Counted from the stretch's first letter, positions 1 to 7,945 are shown. The stretch: 38,928 nucleotides of DNA from Omnitrophica bacterium RIFCSPHIGHO2_02_FULL_46_20 (GCA_001804065.1 MHFG01000040.1:1-38928); one strand, 5' to 3'. Translations and numbers: made by a program. The notes: generated by a model from the letters alone, not told the origin.

Positions 1-65
1 GAGATTATCTTAAAGGTTGTTGATTTTATATTCATAGAAACTCTTCCCGTATTATCTATAGAAAG

Positions 66-94
66 AGTGTATCACACGTTTTCATATTTGTCAA
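66..94 (-). promoter_or_regulatory. sigma70-type promoter firing leftward out of the window
   Basis: Minus strand TTGACA (94-89), 17-nt spacer, TGa-TACACT (-10 at 71-66). Confidence 0.6.
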
Positions 95-127
95 GAAAAA
101 TTTGATTTTTCATCAAATAAGACGGGC

Positions 128-196
128 GTGCATAATTCATAACACGTCATTGCGAGGACTGCGAGCGAAGCGAAGCAGGACGAAGGAATTATGCAC
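128..196. repeat. Small MITE/REP-like element with 11-bp terminal inverted repeats
   Basis: GTGCATAATTC (128-138) and GAATTATGCAC (186-196) enclose GTCATTGCGAG...GAGCGAAGCGAA; the same terminal motif recurs at 2393-2405. Confidence 0.7.
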
Positions 197-236
197 ACTG
201 CTCAAATAACTAACGCGGGAGTTTTTTGCGGGGAGG

Positions 237-1304
237 TTAAACGTTGAATCTAATACTTAATATATCTCCGTCTTCTACTATATATTCTTTGCCTTTAAGA
301 TAAAATTTGCCCTGGGCCTTGACCGCGTCTTCGCCTCCTAACTTCTTGATGTCATCGAACTTAATAAGTTCGGCCCTTATAAACCCCTTCTGCAAGTCCG
401 AATGTATTGCGCCGGCGGCCTCGACAGCCGTAGAGCCGGCCCTGACGTTCCACTGCCGCACTTCATCCGGCCCGACTGTAAAAAAAGATACGAGTTTAAG
501 CGCGCCGAGACACAGGCGTGTTAATATGTTTATGGCCGGTTCATCAATACCGAGCGCGGCCAGAAATTCCTTCCTCTCCCGCTCGGACTCCAGCCCTGCT
601 ACTTCAGCCTCAACCTTTGCTGAAACCCGCATTGTGTTCGCCGTCGCGGCTTCATCCATCGATCCCTTTACCAGCTGCCTTTCCTTTAGCTGGCCTTCCG
701 ACACATTTAATACCCTTATCATCTCCTTACGTGTCAGAAACGGATAACCGGCAATCGCCTTCTTCTCGTCCGCGTTAAGCTCCAATAACCTTAAAGGCAG
801 TTCCTTGTCAAGGTGCGCTTTTAATTTGGCAAGCAGGCCCTTTTCCTTTATGGACGCCTCTTCCTTTGTCTGCTTGACCTTCTTATCCAACCTTTCAGAC
901 CTTTTTTCGATAAATATGAGGTCATGCAGTATAAGTTCAGAGTTTATCGCGTCTATGTCGCGACTCGGATCGACTGAACCGCTTACATGGTATATTGACT
1001 CGTCTTTAAACGCCCTTACCACATGGCACAGCGCGTCTAGCTGCGCGATGTCTTCGAATATCTCGCCTTTAGAGATCGCGTCTTTCTCTATTTTAGGCAA
1101 TAGCTCGATCTCTATCCTCGCCCTGACCTCTTTCTTCGGCTTATACATTCCTACAAGGTAATCGAACCGGCTATCGCGTATTTCAGCGATGCCGTGTATA
1201 GGTTTGCCGGAGGCGACTTCATTCTCTGAAGGCTTGTGCCCCGTGAGAAGCTCGAATAATGCCTTCTTCCCTGTTTGCGGTAATCCGATAATTCCAATCT
1301 TCAT
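237..1304 (-). CDS. ychF: YchF/OLA1-family protein (Obg-like, C-terminal TGS/DUF933 domain) with degenerate G motifs
   Basis: GIIGLPQTGK, HVVRAF, NVSE, FFTVGPDEVRQW, AAGAIHSDLQKGFIRAE, GKEYIVEDGDIL. Confidence 0.85.
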   Translation of the reverse strand: MKIGIIGLPQTGKKALFELLTGHKPSENEVASGKPIHGIAEIRDSRFDYLVGMYKPKKEVRARIEIELLPKIEKDAISKGEIFEDIAQLDALCHVVRAFKDESIYHVSGSVDPSRDIDAINSELILHDLIFIEKRSERLDKKVKQTKEEASIKEKGLLAKLKAHLDKELPLRLLELNADEKKAIAGYPFLTRKEMIRVLNVSEGQLKERQLVKGSMDEAATANTMRVSAKVEAEVAGLESERERKEFLAALGIDEPAINILTRLCLGALKLVSFFTVGPDEVRQWNVRAGSTAVEAAGAIHSDLQKGFIRAELIKFDDIKKLGGEDAVKAQGKFYLKGKEYIVEDGDILSIRFNV

Positions 1305-1312
1305 ATGTAAAG

Positions 1313-1363
1313 ATTATAACTTAAAAACTATCATTTGCGCAATGTTTAATAGTCGATTATAAT
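1313..1363. promoter_or_regulatory. Back-to-back divergent promoters for ychF and dusB sharing a palindromic -35
   Basis: TTGCGCAA at 1335-1342; TATAAT on + at 1358-1363 (17-nt spacer) and on - at 1318-1313 (18-nt spacer). Confidence 0.6.
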
Positions 1364-1366
1364 AAT

Positions 1367-1412
1367 GGGGTTGCTTCGTCCCGCCACCTTCGGTGGCGAG
1401 ACTCGCAATGAC
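1367..1412. repeat. REP-like half element in the dusB leader
   Basis: GGTTGCTTCG...CTCGCAATGAC with internal hairpin CGCCACC-TTC-GGTGGCG; the end is the reverse complement of GTCATTGCGAG at 146-156. Confidence 0.65.
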
Positions 1413-1433
1413 AGTTTTTCAGCAATCTCTTTT

Positions 1434-2402
1434 ATGATTAAGATAGGCAGCGTTAATATAGACACAAATATGCTTCTGGCGCCGCTTGCCGGCTGTTCGG
1501 ACTTGCCTTTCAGGCTCATCTCCCGCGAGCACGGCGCGAGATTCTGTTTCTACGAAATGGTCGATTCTAATTCTTTGATCTACAAGCGCCGAGAAAGCTT
1601 TGGCATACTCAAAACAGATAGAAAAGACTCGCCTATAGCCGCCCAGCTTTTGGGAGCAGACCCGTCAGCCATGCTCGATGCCGCGCAAAAACTTTTTCAA
1701 CTCGTAGACGTGCCGTTCCTTGATATAAACTGCGCCTGCCCCGCTAAAAAAGTCATAAAGAAAAAAGCCGGCGCTCACCTATTGCGTGATACGCCGCGAT
1801 TATACAAAATATTAAAAACGCTTATCTCTTCTCTCCCCCTGCCTATTACGATAAAGATACGAACCGGTTATGACACAAAGGACTTAAACCATATCATAAC
1901 AATGGCCAAGCACTGCGAATCTTTAGGCGCGGCCGCGATATTTGTCCACGGCCGGCTCATGACACAGGGCTACGCGGGCGAGATCGATTACGATTCCATA
2001 AAGAGGATAAAAGATTCTGTCAATATCCCGGTCTTCGGCTCAGGTAATATTTTCTCGCCTGAGATGGCGAAAAAGATGTTCGACGAAACAGGTTGTGACG
2101 GCATACTGGTCGCCCGGGGCGCTCTCGGCAACCCTTGGATATTTAAAAAAATAGAAGAGTATCTGAAAAACGGCGGGGGATCAGATGAGGTATCTCTCGA
2201 GGAGAAAAAGAAAGTCTTAAAAAAGCATCTATGCTATGTAGATAAATATAAAGCCATAAGCCCATCCGGCAAGATAGGCATCATGCGCAAAATAGCCATC
2301 TGGTATCTAAAAAATATTCCACACGCCGCCCGAGTCCGTTCGCAGATTACCTCCGCCAAATCCTACACCGACCTGTTGGAAGTAATTGAGCAGTGTGCAT
2401 AA
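1434..2402 (+). CDS. dusB: tRNA-dihydrouridine synthase DusB
   Basis: LLAPLAG, DINCACP, TIKIRTG, VHGR, GSGNIFS, GILVARGALGNPWIF; start moved from 1365 to ATG 1434 because 1365 abuts the -10 box and the extra codons are repeat DNA. Confidence 0.92.
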   Translation: MIKIGSVNIDTNMLLAPLAGCSDLPFRLISREHGARFCFYEMVDSNSLIYKRRESFGILKTDRKDSPIAAQLLGADPSAMLDAAQKLFQLVDVPFLDINCACPAKKVIKKKAGAHLLRDTPRLYKILKTLISSLPLPITIKIRTGYDTKDLNHIITMAKHCESLGAAAIFVHGRLMTQGYAGEIDYDSIKRIKDSVNIPVFGSGNIFSPEMAKKMFDETGCDGILVARGALGNPWIFKKIEEYLKNGGGSDEVSLEEKKKVLKKHLCYVDKYKAISPSGKIGIMRKIAIWYLKNIPHAARVRSQITSAKSYTDLLEVIEQCA

Positions 2403-2509
2403 TTCTATCGTCATTCTCAAGGAGCGATAGCGACGAAGAATCTAAACAATTGAGATTCTTCGCCCCGGAGTTTACACTGAGCGAAGCGAACGTGGGGCTC
2501 AGAATGACG
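2393..2509. repeat. Composite REP-like palindromic element between convergent genes
   Basis: CGTCATTCT (2409-2417)/AGAATGACG (2501-2509); CGAAGAATCT (2434-2443)/AGATTCTTCG (2453-2462); inner GCCCC...GGGGC; preceded by GTGTGCATAATTC. Confidence 0.8.
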
Positions 2510-2519
2510 GTGGAAGGTT

Positions 2520-3119
2520 TTACAGCTTATACTTTTCCATGCCCTTATTCACTTCTCTCAGCTCCTCGGACAACTTATCCACGATATCCTTCAGTTGAGA
2601 GCGGCTTATCGCGCCCGACTCCGCGATGCCTTTAAGTTCTTCTAAGAAAAAAGCCGCTTTTTCGAGATGCGTCTTTTCTCCCTTAAGCGTCTCTTTAAGG
2701 CTGCCCAAAACGCGGTTTATGCCGTTAACCAGCGATACAAGCTCGTCGTTTCTTCTCAATGTCAGTATCGATGAATAATCGCCTTTTGCCATATTATTCA
2801 GAAATTTTTCTATCCTATATATGGGGCCCGCTATCTTGTGTGAGGCGAATATTCCGATAGTGACTACAAGCGGCGCGATCAGGATCAAACTCAAAAACAT
2901 TCTAAAATTTACCATCCTGACTATAGAGATGAGCCGCCCCTGAGGATAGACATTCGCCAGTTTATCTCCCAGGTTAAGCATCATTGTATAATAGACAACG
3001 TAGGAACAAAGCGCGCCTACCAAGAATACGAGGAGCAATATTAAACCGATGTATTTTAACTGAAACCTTGCCGCTATTAAATACCGCGTCCTTCGGTATT
3101 TAGCTGTCTCCGCCATCAT
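2520..3119 (-). CDS. Two-TM HAMP-domain membrane protein without output domain
   Basis: RRTRYLI..RFQLKY, two hydrophobic helices, SHKIAGPIYRI...GDYS..LTLRRNDEL HAMP, short coiled-coil tail; start ATG near 3119/3116 overlaps the upstream stop. Confidence 0.75.
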   Translation of the reverse strand: MMAETAKYRRTRYLIAARFQLKYIGLILLLVFLVGALCSYVVYYTMMLNLGDKLANVYPQGRLISIVRMVNFRMFLSLILIAPLVVTIGIFASHKIAGPIYRIEKFLNNMAKGDYSSILTLRRNDELVSLVNGINRVLGSLKETLKGEKTHLEKAAFFLEELKGIAESGAISRSQLKDIVDKLSEELREVNKGMEKYKL

Positions 3120-4111
3120 TATCCCCCTTGTTTTCCCCACATGACAACTTCTCTTTGTAATACCAAACTAACCGTATTACCTTTTGATTTTTTGATCAGC
3201 TCGATTGCTCTTTTAAGAGCCATATAACGGGTAGAGTTCCCGCTTATTTCTACTATAAGATCATCCTGCTTCACGCCCTCTCCGGCCGCGGGGCTATCCT
3301 CTTTAACCGCGGATACCGTAAGGCCGTCGAATCGCATGTTTAAGGTTATCCCTACAAGGTCGTTAGTATTCGATAATAAATTTCTATTCTCATTTATCCT
3401 GATGTCAACCTTGCGGCTTATCGTGCATTTGGTCTCCAAGGATGTCTTTTCCAGGATGGTTTCCGCAACCTCGCTTAATGTAAGATACCCGACGAGCCTG
3501 CCCCAGACCGCTATCAATACATCGCCCGGCCTGATCCCGGCCTCATGCGCCGGAGAACCTGTCCCGACGCTGTCGATCTCCGTGACGCCGTCTTTTAACT
3601 TAAGCGCGAGGCCTGCCGTGTCCCGCAATTTCGCTATATCGCTTTTGAGCTTTTCCTCTTCGTTTCTGACGGCTGTTTCCGGTTTCGCGCCGAATTGCTC
3701 AAATTCGTTGTGGCGCTTTACAGCCTCTTCTTTTTGCGCCATGTCTTTTTTAAACATGTAGCCCTGCAGGAATACAATGCCGTCCTTCGCCTGTTTTGAA
3801 TTCGGGTTCAATTTAAACGCCTTGTCGTAATAGATGAACGCCTTTGTAAGATCATCCCTGTCTCTGGCTTGTTCGGCAAGCTTGACAAGGTTCTGTTCTT
3901 CGGTATCATAATATAATTCCTTTACGTCTGTTTTCATTATCGTCTGCTCGCCGTCTACCGTAGAAAATATCACCCTATCCTTGTAATCCTCGACCACGAT
4001 ACCCTTCAATTCTTTATTATCCCTGGTATAAATGGTATCGGCTATAGAGCCGCGGGACACAAGCTGCAAGCCATAAGCTGTAAAAAAAATAATAAGTATT
4101 GTTCGCTTCAT
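3119..4111 (-). CDS. Exported protein with a TPR-like segment and two PDZ domains
   Basis: Signal peptide MKRTILIIFF; AFIYYDKAFKLNPN; GSPAHEAGIRPGDVLIAV and DSPAAGEGVKQDDLIVEISG. Confidence 0.75.
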   Translation of the reverse strand: MKRTILIIFFTAYGLQLVSRGSIADTIYTRDNKELKGIVVEDYKDRVIFSTVDGEQTIMKTDVKELYYDTEEQNLVKLAEQARDRDDLTKAFIYYDKAFKLNPNSKQAKDGIVFLQGYMFKKDMAQKEEAVKRHNEFEQFGAKPETAVRNEEEKLKSDIAKLRDTAGLALKLKDGVTEIDSVGTGSPAHEAGIRPGDVLIAVWGRLVGYLTLSEVAETILEKTSLETKCTISRKVDIRINENRNLLSNTNDLVGITLNMRFDGLTVSAVKEDSPAAGEGVKQDDLIVEISGNSTRYMALKRAIELIKKSKGNTVSLVLQREVVMWGKQGG

Positions 4112-4112
4112 C

Positions 4113-5402
4113 TTATACCTCAACAGCTTTTTTTGCCTCTTCATAAACTCTTTTAAGCGGCACTTTTTTTGCCCTGGCTATACGAGCGCATTCTTCGTAT
4201 TCAGGCGCTACGGTCAGGATATTATCCGGCCCAGTGCTTAATTTTACCTTGATAGCGCCATATTGTGTATTAACTTTTACTATTTTTCTATCGAGCTTGA
4301 ACCTGTTAGATTCATGGTACCTTATTCCTATGGATGTCGTTTCGCTAAATATTATCGAGCACATCTCCTCCAATTTTGCCTCGTCGCATAGCACCGTTAG
4401 TTTAAAGGCCGGCCTTGCTTTCTTCATCTGGATAGACTCTGTGTAGGCGTCTAACGCGCCTTCTTTGAATAATTTTTCTAAAGTGTATTCGAAATTCTGC
4501 GGATTCATGTCGTCAATATTCGTTTCTATGATAAGTATTCTGTCTTCCTTAAAAGCGCGTTTCCGCTCGCCTATTATAACTCTCAGCATGTTCGGTATTT
4601 CGTTAAGTTCTTTCGCGCCTGCGCCGTAGCCTATATCTGATACCTTCATTTGCGGCATTTCACCGAAACCTTTTGACAGGGCATTCAATATGCCGGCGCC
4701 TGTCGGAGTGACTAACTCTGCCTCGATATCCGATATCCTTATTGGCGCGCCTTTGAGCAGCTCGAGACTTGCCGGACTGGGCGTTGGCAATGCCCCGCCC
4801 CTTGTATTGATAATGGTTCTGCCAAAATTAATAGGAGACGAATAAATCTTGTCTATGCCGAGTTCATCAACCGCTATCGCCATGCCGACTATATCGATTA
4901 TAGAATCAATGTCGCCAAGCTCATCAAGAAAAATCTGCCCTGCGGGCATAGGCTTTTGGTAGATTTTTCTTGATCCTGACCCCGCTTTGGCGGGGGAAGG
5001 ATCTAATATAGGCAACCGAATATAATTTCCCTTGCCATCGAGATGGAGGTCTTTCTTGTCTTGCGCGCCGTGAATCTTGCCCTCTACCCTGCCTATCGCG
5101 TTGAATATATTTTTAGCCGTTTCTTTCACCCTATTATTTAATGAACTTTCATCTATGAGTTTTAATATTTCATTAAGCGATCTATGCGCGTGTTTATCTT
5201 GGCATCCCTTTACCAGGCAGTCGAATTTTGTCCCTACAAGCTCCCCGCGTCTGACCTTGCTTCTCTTGAGTTCGTATCCTTTTAGATTTAATTTTTTCAG
5301 TTCTTTGGACAATACTGCCATATCAAGGCCGGCATCGAGCAATGCGCCCAGGGCCATGTCGCCCGCTATGCCGCTGAAACAATCAAAATAGGCTATTCTC
5401 AC
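4113..5402 (-). CDS. larC: Nickel-pincer cofactor nickel insertase LarC, with a 38-aa in-frame insertion
   Basis: YFDCFSGIAGDMALGALLDAG, ELVTPTGA, ETNIDDMNPQ, MKKARP, ETTSIGIR, PEYEEC. Confidence 0.92.
   Translation of the reverse strand: MRIAYFDCFSGIAGDMALGALLDAGLDMAVLSKELKKLNLKGYELKRSKVRRGELVGTKFDCLVKGCQDKHAHRSLNEILKLIDESSLNNRVKETAKNIFNAIGRVEGKIHGAQDKKDLHLDGKGNYIRLPILDPSPAKAGSGSRKIYQKPMPAGQIFLDELGDIDSIIDIVGMAIAVDELGIDKIYSSPINFGRTIINTRGGALPTPSPASLELLKGAPIRISDIEAELVTPTGAGILNALSKGFGEMPQMKVSDIGYGAGAKELNEIPNMLRVIIGERKRAFKEDRILIIETNIDDMNPQNFEYTLEKLFKEGALDAYTESIQMKKARPAFKLTVLCDEAKLEEMCSIIFSETTSIGIRYHESNRFKLDRKIVKVNTQYGAIKVKLSTGPDNILTVAPEYEECARIARAKKVPLKRVYEEAKKAVEV
4926..5039. repeat. 114-bp hairpin-rich in-frame insertion in larC
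   Basis: CATC direct repeats at 4922-4925 and 5036-5039; stems 4923-4939/4958-4974, 4972-5003 and 5011-5036. Confidence 0.75.
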
Positions 5403-5426
5403 AAGTTACCTCGTCGCCCTTATCTA

Positions 5427-5543
5427 TGGCGTAACTTGCGGGGGCGTTGCTGAAGCAACTACCCCGCAAGTTACGCCAATAGTTGAGACCTGTCCCCTTG
5501 GGACCTGACCCCAATCAAAAAGAGAAACTCCCCCGAGGGGTCA
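5427..5543. repeat. Intergenic palindrome followed by tandem ACCTG(T/A)CCCC motifs
   Basis: Perfect 17-bp IR TGGCGTAACTTGCGGGG (5427-5443)/CCCCGCAAGTTACGCCA (5462-5478); ACCTGTCCCC 5488-5497; ACCTGACCCC 5503-5512. Confidence 0.8.
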
Positions 5544-6281
5544 ATTATTTATCATCGACGCGAAATACGCCGCGCCGAAACCATTGTCGATATTTACAAC
5601 CGCCACGCCAGGCGAACAGGAATTCATCATAGTGAGCAGCGGCGCTATTCCTGAGAAAGAAGCGCCGTAACCAACGCTTGTCGGCACTGCTATGACGGGC
5701 TTCGATACAAGGCCGCTGACTACGCTCGCTAACGCGCCATCCATACCGGCTATCACTATGATAACGCTCGCCTTCTCTAAACTATCTTTCTTGTCCAAAA
5801 CCCTATGCAGGCCCGCGACGCCTACGTCGTAAAGAGCCTCTACTTTATTGCCCATCAATTCCAGCGTAACTCTCGCTTCTTCCGCAACCGGCATATCCGC
5901 TGTCCCCGCCGTCACTATCAGAACTATTCCTTTTTTAGGGACAGCCAGTTTTTTTCTAAGATATATTATATTTGCCTTTTCTTCGAATACAGCCTTCGGA
6001 TAGATTTTTTTTAATTTTGAGCAGACTTTCTTATCGGTTCGCGTAATCAGCAATGTTCCGTCATGCGAGACTATTTTTTTGGCGATACTTATTATCTGCT
6101 CGGCAGTCTTGCCCTTGCCGAATATGACCTCCGGGAAACCCCGCCTCAAGGTTCTATGATGATCGACTTTCGCGAATCCAAGGTCCCTATAAGGTAATTC
6201 TTTTAATAGCTTAAGCGCCCTATTCAAAGAGATCCGCCCTGCCTTCACGCCCTTTAACATCCCCTGTATTCTTTCAGACAT
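5541..6281 (-). CDS. larB: Nickel-pincer cofactor biosynthesis protein LarB (PurE-like carboxylase/hydrolase)
   Basis: DHHRTLRRGFPEVIFGKGKT, AGTADMPVAEEA, DVGVAGLHR, VPTSVGYG, VVNIDNGFGAA. Confidence 0.95.
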   Translation of the reverse strand: MSERIQGMLKGVKAGRISLNRALKLLKELPYRDLGFAKVDHHRTLRRGFPEVIFGKGKTAEQIISIAKKIVSHDGTLLITRTDKKVCSKLKKIYPKAVFEEKANIIYLRKKLAVPKKGIVLIVTAGTADMPVAEEARVTLELMGNKVEALYDVGVAGLHRVLDKKDSLEKASVIIVIAGMDGALASVVSGLVSKPVIAVPTSVGYGASFSGIAPLLTMMNSCSPGVAVVNIDNGFGAAYFASMINN

Positions 6282-6285
6282 GGCG

Positions 6286-6684
6286 TTAGGATCTCAAGAT
6301 TATGAGAAGAAGCGCCGCTATGATTATTGCGGAAAGTATGTAGAAATCGTTATAGTAAAGAAAATCTTGTATCTTCTCCGCAAGATTATAATCATACTGC
6401 CGCGCCGCGGGTATTTTACGTTTGGCGTATTTCTCGCTTTCCGTGTAAACGTGAGTCTGTCGGCCTTTAGCGTCCAACTTCACTTCAACGCGGTTGGGGT
6501 CCTTCTCCTCTACGTCGGAGATCTCTTGCTTAACGGCATCGATCTGCTCTTTACGGAATCTTAAGAATGAATCGCCTATCTTGTAAGCCGGTATCTCGCC
6601 TATATCGACTAGGCGCTTCACTTCCTCTTCTGAGACACCAAGATACTCCGCCACTTCTTTAATATTCAACAGATGTTCCGGCAT
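6286..6684 (-). CDS. Excisionase/MerR-like (HTH_17) domain protein with C-terminal transmembrane anchor
   Basis: LLNIKEVAEYLGVS...GEIPAYKIG..LRFRKEQID at the N-terminus; FYILSAIIIAALLLIILRS at the extreme C-terminus. Confidence 0.85.
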   Translation of the reverse strand: MPEHLLNIKEVAEYLGVSEEEVKRLVDIGEIPAYKIGDSFLRFRKEQIDAVKQEISDVEEKDPNRVEVKLDAKGRQTHVYTESEKYAKRKIPAARQYDYNLAEKIQDFLYYNDFYILSAIIIAALLLIILRS

Positions 6685-6695
6685 TCTTTACCTAT

Positions 6696-7232
6696 TCACT
6701 TTATCTTTCCCGATGCTACCCACTCCTCAATTCTCGAACGTTCGAATTTCCAGGAATTCCCATCTCGAATCCCGGGAATCTTTCCGGAGTTCGCCCATTC
6801 ATGGACGAGACTCATGTCCACCTCGAGATATTTCGCGAGTTCCTCCGGCGTCATCGCAGCCTGGCCCTGATCGGTTCCTTTAGAATCCGCCAGCATCCTG
6901 CAGCTGCCGTCGAATGTGGCGCCCTCGGCTATGCTCAATAGGGGGGCCCGTATGTCCCCAACCACGCGGGCGGGCGATATTAGTTTAAGCTCCTTAAGAG
7001 CGTTGACATTTCCCGTCACCTTACCCGCGATGATGATAGATTCCCCGATAATGTCGGCATTCACTACGGCTTCCTCGCCGATCATCAGGTTCCCTTTTGT
7101 GTTCAATACGCCTTCGAAACTGCCATTAATCTTCAAATTAACCGAATCCTTAAAGATGAGAGTGCCCTGCATCGAAGCGTCAACATCTAAAACTTTTTCA
7201 CCTTCATGCTTTTTATCCCTTCTCGTCATCAT
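6696..7232 (-). CDS. Bactofilin (polymer-forming cytoskeletal domain) fused to a C-terminal HTH_17 domain
   Basis: Beta-helix repeats LKINGSFEG, LMIGEEAVVNADI, IIIAGKVTGNV, ARVVGDI, LSIAEGATFDGSCRM; then MTPEELAKYLEV...SGKIPG..GNSWKFER; SD AAGGAGGTGA (7247-7238) supports a start at 7232. Confidence 0.88.
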   Translation of the reverse strand: MMTRRDKKHEGEKVLDVDASMQGTLIFKDSVNLKINGSFEGVLNTKGNLMIGEEAVVNADIIGESIIIAGKVTGNVNALKELKLISPARVVGDIRAPLLSIAEGATFDGSCRMLADSKGTDQGQAAMTPEELAKYLEVDMSLVHEWANSGKIPGIRDGNSWKFERSRIEEWVASGKIK

Positions 7233-7273
7233 ACAAATCACCTCCTTAAAGAACGCGAAGCAAATTAGCTCCC

Positions 7274-7945
7274 CTATTCCGCTTCCCACTTAACGCTCTT
7301 GATACCTTCTAAATGAGCCATCTCCTGTATCAACTGAGCGTTATGTCGGGCTGTGGAAAGTTTTATCCCCACTTTCAAAACCATATTAGCGCCGTCCTTT
7401 GAGCGCTCGACTTCAAAATCGGTTATTTCACTGTCGTATTCTGACAAGACATCTCTTATACCTTTTAATTGTTCCATACCGTCTTTCATCTCTACCACGA
7501 CCGTCTTGTACCAGTCCTTTCTTATCATCACATGCTCTAATCTGCCAAAGAACATGAGCGCTATGACGGCTATGCCCGTAGTAACGATAGCGCCGAAATA
7601 CAATCCTGTCCCGACTGCAAGGCCTATGCCTGTGACAACCCAAAGACTTGCCGCCGTAGTTAACCCTCTCACCGAAGCCTTGTAGCGCATAATAGTGCCC
7701 GCGCCTAAGAAGCCTATGCCTGTGACAACGCCGGCCGCAAGCCTGGCGGGGTCGAACGTCGCCCGGCCTGAATATGCGTCAAATATATGCATTGATGCAA
7801 GCATGATCAATGTTGAACCGACGCACAGAAGGATGTGCGTCCTGAAGCCGGCTGCCCGGCCATGAAATTCCCTTTCAAAACCGACTACTCCGCTTAAGAC
7901 CGCGGCCAATACAAGACGAAATAACACAATCCATTCGTTAAGCAT
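7274..7945 (-). CDS. MgtC/SapB family membrane protein with C-terminal ACT-like domain
   Basis: GFERE...AAGFRTHIL, DPARLAAGVVTGIGFLGAGTI, GLTTAASLW. Confidence 0.93.
   Translation of the reverse strand: MLNEWIVLFRLVLAAVLSGVVGFEREFHGRAAGFRTHILLCVGSTLIMLASMHIFDAYSGRATFDPARLAAGVVTGIGFLGAGTIMRYKASVRGLTTAASLWVVTGIGLAVGTGLYFGAIVTTGIAVIALMFFGRLEHVMIRKDWYKTVVVEMKDGMEQLKGIRDVLSEYDSEITDFEVERSKDGANMVLKVGIKLSTARHNAQLIQEMAHLEGIKSVKWEAE

Noticed and set aside
1365-1433. N-terminal extension of DusB
   Set aside because: Starts 1 nt after the -10 box and translates repeat DNA
2393-2635. 80-aa ORF
   Set aside because: Translation of the palindromic repeat plus antisense overlap
6286-7232. Prophage or integrative element suggested by excisionase-like domains
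   Set aside because: No integrase, att sites or phage genes; genes are tightly embedded in a housekeeping run
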